The position numbers and the translations under genes were made by a program. DNA of 64,000 nucleotides from Camelus dromedarius (taxonomy: Eukaryota): NCBI RefSeq assembly GCF_036321535.1, contig NC_087437.1, positions 106,518,001-106,582,000 on the forward strand, in the 5' to 3' direction. The notes below the pieces were generated by a model, which was given only the letters and a program-made list of their open reading frames with translations, did no database searches and was not told the origin of the DNA. Positions 54,066 through 64,000 of the stretch are shown in pieces. Within the stretch, counting starts at the first letter, position 1. Every line of letters starts with the position of its first letter.

Positions 54066-57000
54066 CCCCCCTGACTATTTCCCCATCCCTTATTCTCCTA
54101 AGACTCAGCCAAACACTTATCCACTGGATCTCATTTCTCCCTAGTCTTCCAGCTGCTTGAGCCCAGTCTCCTTATGATAGACATCTACTCTTCAGAGTTT
54201 AGTTTAAGCTTCCCTCAGCTGAAGTTCGTTCCCTTTAAAAACAAAGCCCAACAAAAAAAACAAAGCCTTTCCCTTTTCTGTGAATTGCCCACAGGCTCTT
54301 TGCCTCTAGGTCTTTCCTCAAAGAGTCCAGAGATGGTTTCACCACCCATTCATGTTTTTCTTCCTGTAACCTACTGCAATTTGACTTCTTCCCATGCTAT
54401 TCCCTTGAAATTGCTCTCTCAAAGATCAACAATGAACTTTGATTTGCCAAATTAGAAGAATGTTTTATTATAAAACATTTCTAAGTCCGTGACTTAGAAA
54501 TGGGCAAAAGAGATTATAAACTGAGTGTTCTAGCAGTAAAATGTAGGTGTTGTCTTTCAGAGTCTGGGAGTGGTAGGGGAGAAGATTATTCTATATCTTC
54601 TCCTGATTCTATCAGGACTTGCTATAGGCTATTTTACATATAAACTACTTGCATTGCCAATGTAAATGTTTCCTGTCCCACACAACGCAGACCAGATGAT
54701 TCCTGTTCACAGCCACGTGAATGAAGTTTGTTGGAAAAAGAATTTAAATCTCTTCAAGTCAGACTGGTTTACATCTTACAGGTTACCTGATTAATTAATG
54801 AACTGAGTAAAATCTTTGACGTGCGTTCACTTTGCAAGGGAGTCACAATTTGCGTTGTGAAAAATTACACTTCAATCATTTCTGGTAGGCATCACACCTG
54901 CACTCTTGTCATTTCCCTTGGTTAGATATTAACCGAGTTTGACTTCCAGAACCTAACAGCACCTAGTTCTGATCCTAGGTTTTTAGCCACTGCTCCTCCT
55001 CCATTGATTCTTTCCCTTTGTTCCCCTTAAATGTTGCAATTCACCAAGTTTCTTTCCCAAGATTCTCCCCCAGAGGCACCATTAGCGTAAACCGAAGGCA
55101 AACACTTGACGAGGTAGCTTGGCATTTTTTAAATGTTCAATAAAAGTTAGTTGGTACTAGCATCATCGACATCACAGACATGTGCCAACATCATCATCAT
55201 CACCGGTTCTTATGTTGCTAACGTTATTTTATAGGCTTTTCTCTCCCTTTAGGTCCCTCCTTTAAGAATAGGTCCTGTGTTCCACTCATAATTGCATCCT
55301 TAGCACCGAGAGATACCCTCTCTACAGACAGCCCCCAATTCTCCTTCCTTTAAAAAAAAAAAAAAAAAAAACCTTCAATGACACTTCCTGTTGTTACAGA
55401 ATAAAGACCAAATTCATTAAAAGGGCTCACAAGGCCTGATATCCTGGCCCTTTCTTACTTCTTCAGTATAATGTTTGTCTAATCCATCTTAAGATTCTGA
55501 CCTGTGTGCTTCATCCTACAAGGCCTCTGTAGCTGGGGAGCTGAGACAGGCAGATATAACCACAATTGCAAGACAAAGGAGAAACAACGAAAGGGCTCAC
55601 CCTCCCTGCCCCCACCTCGTGGCCACCAACAATCCGGCAAAGTCTGGGTCTAGGAACAACCACTCTGTGGCTTAGCCCTGGGACAAACAACAGACTAGAA
55701 CAGGAAGTGAAGCTGCCCAGGCATCAGTGGGCTCTCTAAGTGGGAAAGGAAGGAGGGTTGTTCTCAGAGCCATGAAGAGTATTTTTTATAGAGTCATCAT
55801 ACAACTGTAAAGACATCTGATTATTTATAACTGACACGGAGGAAAAACTTTGATGCAAACCATGACACATGTATTGAAACAGACATTCAACAAAAAATAA
55901 TGATGTGGTCAATGTCACTTACTAAATTTGAGTTCCAGTCTCTAAATAAAGTTTATTTAACATTCAGAATGCCTAATACGCATGTATATCCAGAAAAGTA
56001 AAATGGTATCAAAAGCCTGTAAGCGTGCACACACAGAGTTTCAACTTCCAAACTCATAACTCATCTATGAAATTGTACTGGAGGAACTCTTCAGTTGAAT
56101 GTGAGTATTATTTCCAAAATGTATATTTTAGAAATGTCATATCTGGGCAAAAGTGAATTTATTATCAATTTCTATTTAATCAATGCTTTTAAGAAAAATA
56201 TAAAGGGCACAGATATTAGTGATTTCTACCTAAATATAAAGAATTATTTTTTCACATCATAGGACTCCTTCAAGATAAAAATTACTTGATATTGTGACAA
56301 CTGTAGATGCTTTTTTGATTCTCAAAACACAAGAATTAAAATTTAGAGATTGTCCTTTCTTATTGTGCTACTAATAAAAAATCGTATATATATGTGTGTG
56401 TGTGTTTAAAATATGTATACATATATATATTTCATTAAACACTCAGCTTGGATCAAAAAAGGCTAATGAAAATTTTTAGTACTTTTTTAGTACATAAAAG
56501 ATTACAACAAAGAAAATGTTGCCAGGTTATAGGTTGTTTATGGAAGGTAAAGGATTTTGCTTTGCCAAGAGGTATAAGAATAATTCCTTTAAATGTTCTT
56601 AAAACACAAAGAGTCGCATATCCTAGGAATAGATAATTGTCTAGAAATATGGGCCAAAATGCCGTGGACTCCAGCTATTTTAAACTGAATTAATTTTAAA
56701 AATTAATTTTAAAAATAACAATATACCATACCATATACAATAATAGCAAGAAAACTAGGAAAAGTTATACAAAGGCTGAAGATCTCTACAAAGGGTAAGG
56801 GTATGATTTCCAGGATCTAAAAGTTACGTTAAAAAAGCAAAGTGCAGAACAGTGCTTAAAGTAAGCCACATTTTTTATGAGAAAAACAAGGGAAAACATA
56901 ACATCCTCTCTTTTGCAAGAAGGATTAATCAAGAACAATGAAAAATGTTTAGTAACAGAGGGTGGGTGGCGAGTGAGATTCTTGAGTGCAACTTATTTTC

Positions 57001-57490
57001 AATACTTTAACAATGTAAATGTCTTACATTTTCGAATAGTAAAAATGAGAGAAAAACTAAAATTCAATATAAACAAATGTATGTACTAAAATATATCAAA
57101 TTGGTAACAGAGAGAAAATTAATTCCAGTTACTTTTAAACACAATACCTTGACTGCACAGCCACAGTGGGATCTACTCTAAAGAGAAAAGTAAGGGCCAA
57201 GATATCTTAAACTTTACTCAGTTGGGATCTTTTATAGCTCTTTTAAATGAAGGATATTTGCCATACAATATTCTATTGCAGTTGGTTTAATGATGGTTGT
57301 TACAGGACATAATTACAAACATATTTTTCCATACTGCAGGGTAAAGCAAGTATTTATATTAAGGGAATGGTGAATCATTAGGAACCGAGATGTTTACTGC
57401 AAGAGATAAAATACAAACATAAAAGAAGCTGAATTTTAAAAAAGCCGCACGGGGTCCAACACGAGCGGCTGGTCCCCGGCGGAGACTTAC

Positions 57491-57658
57491 TTCTTGGCAG
57501 TACTGAAGGATGCCCTCCTTGGTGCCGGCGCAGGTTCTGGTCCCTGATGGGTCTGGCTCCCACTTCCCATTCTGCACGTTCATGTGCATGTTCAGTTTGC
57601 CACAGAACATGGCGACCTGGGGCTCTGCAAGCAGGCCAGCACTGCCGTCTGTGGGCAC
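57491..57658 (-). CDS. APP: APP exon 2 (residues 20-75, growth-factor-like domain of E1)
   Basis: Translates [56 protein letters not shown]. Acceptor ttatttttccag|GTG, donor GAA|gtaagt. 168 nt, phase 0/0. Cys38, Cys62 and Cys73 retained. Confidence 0.99.
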
Positions 57659-59899
57659 CTGGAAAAATAAGTCTGGGTCAGTTACCGAAGTCCATAGCTC
57701 GGGGGGTAGAGGCTGGGGAAGGGCTGCAAAGAGGAACCCGGCATGGAGCCACACCAAAAACAGTTCCATTCTTGCGAAATGTCAGTTACGAATTCCTTTG
57801 CTACAGACATCTCCAACCACCTATGATATAGTGTTGTTGTTAATATTGAAATGAAAAAATTAGTAATATGGAGAAGAATTTATTCACTGAAAAGTTTATA
57901 CATTTCCGCAAGGGCAGATTTCATGAAAAAGCTTATACGTTTTGTAGACTGAAAGGTCCTGACAATAAAATAAGATGTTTTTCTGAAATAAATATAATCA
58001 CACAAAAAAAGAGGAAACCGTATTTTCATAATAAACTCCAACTGACTCACACAAAGAATGCCAAGTCCCCGCCTGGTGACCAGGTCTGGAAGTGTGTGTC
58101 ACACACCTCCCAGAGCTGAAGGCACTGTCTTGGTGTGCATTACTGGTTAGCAAGTGACACTGTGATTTCTGCAACCAAAAAATTATTACAGAATTTACTC
58201 TGCACAGATGTGAATGAATATATTGGCCATCCCACCAGTTTCCTCCAGGACATTCTCTGGTTATCACTCTCTCAGCTCTTAAGAGTAAGGATGCTGGTGT
58301 CCCATCTCCCCAGCCACCCTACAGGAGGCGACAAGTCTCATTTAGAGCCCAGTACAAGCTGTGTCTGTTGTAAGCTCTCTACAGTTCTTACCTATCACCC
58401 CTGCGGGCAACACCATTTCACCAGAATAACTTTGAAATGGGTGCCCTTCTGTATTTCCAAACCCTTCTGCCCACAGGTATTTCCATCAGACAAATATTTT
58501 TAAAAGGGAAAATGGAAGTTCTGAAATATCCATACTACCTCACTTAATAGGTTCTGACAGCTCAGGAAGACAAAAATAAAGTCAGCAAGAGCTGAAAACT
58601 AAATCCACAGGAGTTAAAGTGCTATCTGCAATCGAGGAATCAGAAGACACGGTAGCCGAGTACTTCTCCCTTGTTAAATCCAGCTGCTGAGAAAACGTGT
58701 GACATCCGTGCCAAGAAGAGTTAACTTCCGACAAAAGCCATTCACACAGCTGAGAACTGGGTGATTCTATAATCACTTGGATCGTTTCTAAAAACTGTTC
58801 GCAGGACAGAAAACAACAACAACAACAACAATGCTAAAATTACATAGAGAGACTTCAGTTAAAGAAACAGCTTCCTGACATTTCTTTGCACAGAAATGTA
58901 AAAATAGATCAAACAACTGTCCACTCTAGTCATCGTCATATATATTTTGTCCATACATCCGTTAGAGATTTATGCCCTTTAAAAAAAAAATCTTGCACTG
59001 AACCCGGGGAGACCTATCACAGACCTGAGTGCAAAAGCTTCTGGCAAGAGTCTCTCCAACCACGTTGCAGGCAACATTTTCTACATTTCTAGTTCTACTG
59101 TGTAAGGTACATTTAATAAAATTCTGCCGCCACCCTGCCAGATGTAACAAACAGCAGCTGAGGCCAGAGTGTCAGATGGTCAGCAAATAGCTGGGACCCC
59201 TTTACTCCCCAGTTTGGGGTCTTGCCCAAAACCTACAATTTCTAAGCCAGAAACTGAGAAGCTCTTTCTCCAACAGATGCAAAGAAGCAGCCTAAGCGGA
59301 ATACACCAGTCACTTGAGTTTCACAGCTTTCCTGAGGGAAGAGGAAATTCAATGCCTCGATCCTAAAAAATCAGAGCACAGATTCTGTCAATGTCATTAA
59401 AGGAGTAAGACAATAGCATTGCAAAAAAGTCAAATAATAATCCCATAGATAAGGCCCTATTAGCAGATGCAATGAAGGACATAAAATAGATTTAAAATAT
59501 AGATCAATGCATAAAATTTATTCATGTATTTATTTATAAAATATGAGCTTTGCCCATATGTTAAATTCCATTATCAAGAAATTTACCATCTAGTAATGCA
59601 ATCACCATTGTATTCCCCACGGTATTTTATTCTCCTCAAATTCATTCCTGTCCCAAAGATTTCCAGTCTTAGTAGAATCTCGGTACCTCACCCCCGCTAA
59701 CTGAACAGAGAGACTAATGATCCTTTACCACAGTTGGTCATGATTTGGCTGAATGAATGCCCCCGTTCTCAATCTCAACATTTCTCTATACCTCTGATTC
59801 TCCACAATGTGTTTATTACAGTTTCTACCTCCTTGTCAATGCAAAAGCCCCTCATTCCATAGCTTTCCCTCAATGAACACTGAGGTACCAATTTCTTCC

Positions 59900-60406
59900 C
59901 CCATGGTGGCTGGCTTCCAAGAAGACCCCTGATCGTCCCTACTTGCTGGCTTCATGCTTTTGTCAGGGCCAATCCAGAGTACATCAGGGTCTGTCCGTTG
60001 CAACAAATAGAATGTAGCAAAAATGACGTGTGATTTCCCAGGCAAGATCGTAAAGGGTTCCCGGGTTTCTTCCTTGCTCTCTGGGATCACATGCCGTGGG
60101 GGGAACGTTGGCTGCCATGTTGTGCGGACACTTGAGCAGCCCCGTGGAGAGGCCCGCATGATAAGGAGCTGAAGACTCCTGTCAACAGCAACGCGAGTGA
60201 GCTTGGAAACATCCTCCAGCCTCATCAAGCCTTCATTTGACTGCAGCCCTGGCTGACCTGATTGAAACCTCAAGACAGACTTGGAGCCAGAACCACCCAG
60301 AAGATGCTCCCAAATTCCTGACCCATCGAAACTGAGATAATAAACAATTATTATTTTAAATTATTAGGTTTGAGGTAACCTGTTACACAGCAAGAGATAC
60401 CCAATA
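59900..60406 (+). mobile_element. MaLR LTR (MLT1F-like)
   Basis: caaatagaatgtagcaaaaatgacg...gctgccatgttgtg...aattcctgaccca...tttgaggtaacctgttacacagcaa. Confidence 0.82.
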
Positions 60407-60507
60407 AGCTCTTCCTTTCCCCCAGCTCCACAATACATCTACCAACAGCCTTTGAGATCCTCTACTGAAAAAAGGAAACACACAAAAAATTCTATTATCC
60501 TCTAGAA

Positions 60508-60725
60508 CAGGGGGTCAGCAGATTTTCTATGTAAAGGGCCAGATTATAATATTTTAGGTTTTGGGAAACACACGGTTTCTTGTGACTACTCAACTCCGTT
60601 GTTGTCATACAAAAGCAGCCTCGGACAACGTGCAAAATGGGTGTGGCTGTTTTACAATAAAATGTTCTTTATGAAACAGGCAGGAGGCCAGATGTTGCCA
60701 GTGGCCCATCATTTGCCTATCTCTG
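60508..60725 (+). mobile_element. MER58A-like hAT element
   Basis: cagggggtcagcaga...gtaaagggccaga...tttgcctatctctg. 8-bp TSD ctctagaa (60500-60507) / ctctagag (60726-60733). Confidence 0.85.
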
Positions 60726-61311
60726 CTCTAGAGGAACTATCGCCTTCCCACTTCTTACAACAAATTGTGCTAAGATCCCAGGTGGTGATTAAAACACTCA
60801 CTGATACCACCTTCTCACCTTCTTCTTAAGACCCCTGTAGTCTGGTTTATATACCCACCCCACTCAAACACTTTTCTCAAAGGTTACGTATGACCTCCTG
60901 AGAAAGAAAATAGGCTTTTTTCTTCAATACCTGTCACTTTTCAATTTCTTTGCCATACATGAAGACTTCCTTGGAAGTCTTTTACGTTGGCTCAGTCTCA
61001 ATGAACCATCCCAGCTCTCTCTACTTTTCTGATGACCTCATTACTAACTCAAAGTCCTTCAATTCCACAGCATAAGACATTCCTAAAGATGAGGCCATTG
61101 CTTCTTCTTTACCTACTTTAAGAAGTTGTGGTGATGACACTCTTTTACCTCCCAGCTGCAGAGAGGCAACTCCATGATAACAGTAACAGCAAAGATAAAT
61201 GACAGAAGTTCACATTTCTTCACTCAGTAAGCCTGAGAATATAACACATGCTAGGCACTGATGTAGTCTGGGGGACAAAGCAGTAAATCTGACAAGTCCT
61301 TACCTTGACAA

Positions 61312-61424
61312 TAAGATGACCAACCCTCCTAGTTTGCTTGGGACTGAGGGCTTTCCAGGATGTGAGACTTTTAGAGCTAAAAGTTAAGAAAGTCCCTAGC
61401 AAGTTGAGATAACTGGTCACCCTA
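61312..61424. mobile_element. MER81-like hAT-Blackjack miniature element
   Basis: Inverted termini (aagatgaccaac ... actggtcaccct) with internal gggact / agtccc symmetry. Confidence 0.65.
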
Positions 61425-64000
61425 CCTAACAAACACATCAAATGTTTCATTTTTCCTACCTTGAGTTCTCAATATCTTTCTATTCCTTCCCGTCTTCATT
61501 TTGTTCTCCTTCCTTCTTTTCGAATTTCTGGTTGTTTTGATGCTATGTGTTTGTACGTTTGGATATGCCAACTACCAAACGGTGGTAATCTTTCTCTCAC
61601 TCTCTTCAAATGAACTGATTTTGTCCCTATCATATTACTGGAAAACATCGTTAATTGCCTTATGATCTCTTCCTTTTAACAATGGCAGTTAAGGAAAATA
61701 GATGCTTCAGTTCCTTCTGGATTTCCTACCAGATGAAATCTAATATTAACTTTAAAAAATAAGTCCAGAGAGTCAAGCCCTGTTTTCCTAGAATGGAGAC
61801 TGTTGAATAGTTCAAACTGATTTCTCAATACTTAGGGCCATCTATTATGCTAGGAATTATAAAGTTGGCTGTATGTGTACATCTGTTACATTTGACATCA
61901 CAAGAGGCCCTTCACGAATAAATACTTAAATCACAAAGACATGTTTCTCAGGCAAAAATTCTTTCCCAAATCAACACCAGCTGTGTGTAAGATCAGAGTA
62001 TCTGGCTGGGTGATCACAAATTGAACCAAAAGCTTTTCTATTCTTAATGAAGCCCACCTGCAAGGAATATCATGTTGTAAGTAACATATTCCTGGCTCAG
62101 TGAATTAAAACAAGACAAACAACCCACAGGATCCTGACTGGCATCAAACAATTCATTTAAGAAAAAAAGCCTGGTTGCTAGGAGCAGCCCACTCACTCCC
62201 TGGCATTTAGCCAGAAGGAAACCGTCACCAGCCAAGATGGTCACACGGGAGATAATACTTAGCCTTTCAAGGGCCCGACAGGTTTACTCCAATCCCCTTT
62301 TCTGAATGAAGCCTCAAAAAACGGTTTAATAAATCATATACAGGATCCTAGTCACGATCTGTTAATATGGACACTCTTAAAACTACAACCTTTTGGTCCT
62401 ACTTGCTGTCAATGAAAACAGATACTCTGTCAAAGTCATACTAAAGATAATTATTCCTCGAGTTTGAAAAACATTCCTCATTTTAATAGAAAAGAAATAC
62501 AAAAGCTTTAGTGGATGGGAAATACAACTACTTAAACAACTATTACATTTTAATTTCATTTTCATATTAACAAGATCTAAGGTAACTTAAGGTTACTTTG
62601 CAGAAATCCAAGACATCTAAGAGATTGGCACCCTGGCATAAATGGCCATTCACGGTCCATGCATTTCTGGGAGACTGAAGATGAAGATAATTCTTGTACA
62701 CTGAATGACTTTCCACTGACATCATAAGACCAGAGATGCTTTCCCATGGGAAAACAGTGCTCAGCGACAATGAACAAAATAACTGGCTAAGACAATGGCG
62801 CCTGCACACAGTGCTTCAGGAGCAACAGGCTATTTACAGAATGCTCTGAACTACTGGGGTCCAAATATTACACTTAACAATGCTGTCAATCTTTAAAAAA
62901 AAAAAAAAAACCCAGCCCTTAGCTTCTAGAATTTTAAGAATCATAATATATAAACAAGGTACCAAAGTGCAAATGGACTTTCCCAAAGCAAGTTAGCTAG
63001 AAAACGGCTTTAAAAGGGCTTAAGGGGAATTGAAAATAAATAGAAATATATATACCTAACCTGGGCCAGTCTACAGAGGTGAACCTGTAAACTTACACCT
63101 AGAATCCATGCAATTTACAAGTGCAAAAGCAGCTTCTCGAGCAAGTTCTCCTGCTGTCTTTCAAACTGGGTGTTCCCTTTCCCCCCAAAGTTGATCTTTA
63201 TTATCATCAAGGAGATCAAAATTCCTTATGGAGCCGGCTTGGCAGCATTCCTCTGCACACAGTCCCAACTACAAGGGACAGGGAACAAGCTATCCTGTGT
63301 TTCCTCAGCGAGGAGAGGGCAGAGACCCATAGCGTAGTACATCGGTGGATTTATGTAATTTTAAAGTTTGTGGCTAATGAAAACCATCTGGTTTCTGCAT
63401 TTAAATGAACTTCTCACCAGTCTGAATAGCAGACCAAAAGAGTATTTGGTACTGTTTAATCAGTTCACAATCTCCTCAGGGTCAGGTTCTTGTATAGTAA
63501 GTATCTCTTAAAAAGCACACATGATGCTATTTCTATTACAGTCGTGGTTTCCTCACATAAATAGTTTTCTCTCACCCTGGGCATAATACAATTATACTCC
63601 ACCGAAATGCTTTTAAGACATTCAGATTTTCCATCTTCAATGTAATTATTCTGTAGAATCACAATCGAGAAGATTTGAGCGTGAACTCCTTTCAAGGATG
63701 AATAAAGAACCTCACTTAATCCTTCACGTAAACAAATTTTCATTCGCTGAAGGAAAAGACTATCTTATTTGTAAGGCTTCCCTTGAAGTGCACCCCCTCC
63801 CCCCGCAAAAAAATCTTAAGCAGAACCAGAACATCTACAATTGCCCATTTCATCGCTAACAGAGGGGAACCGAAATTAAAATCAGAATCACAAAACTGAA
63901 ACAATCTGTAAAATCACCCAACTCTAAGGAGAAGGAAAAGGCTCTGAAAGATTCGTCCAAGGCCACAGAATCACGAAGAGGCAGAGGTGGGAGCTGGACC

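Noticed and set aside
57378..57854. Antisense and alternative-frame ORFs over exon 2
   Set aside because: Expected from GC-rich coding sequence, with no independent support.

Overview
Mammalian genomic DNA lying entirely inside the amyloid-beta precursor protein gene (APP), which is on the minus strand. The tRNA-derived SINE and the young L1 3' ends suggest a camelid artiodactyl. Four coding exons have canonical AG/GT boundaries and phases that join in frame: exon 2 (57491-57658, 168 nt), exon 3 (39260-39389, 130 nt), exon 4 (7399-7511, 113 nt) and exon 5 (5278-5471, 194 nt). Together they encode APP residues 20-221: the E1 growth-factor-like and copper-binding domains and the start of the acidic region. 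The rest is intron, rich in L1, L2, MIR, MaLR/ERV LTRs, hAT MERs and SINEs. Almost all ORFs in the supplied track are spurious, and exons 4 and 5 are not shown in their true frame. I see no convincing new multi-gene system. The best leads are: (1) a ~1.2 kb sense-oriented processed retrocopy in intron 3 with weak colinear resemblance to ZFP91 and the signals of a possible alternative terminal exon; (2) an in-frame, signal-peptide-like extension upstream of exon 2; (3) a cluster of AT-to-GC substitutions in exon 2; (4) a sense-oriented solo LTR with intact promoter and polyadenylation motifs. Repeat family names and comparisons to human sequences come from memory, not from database searches.
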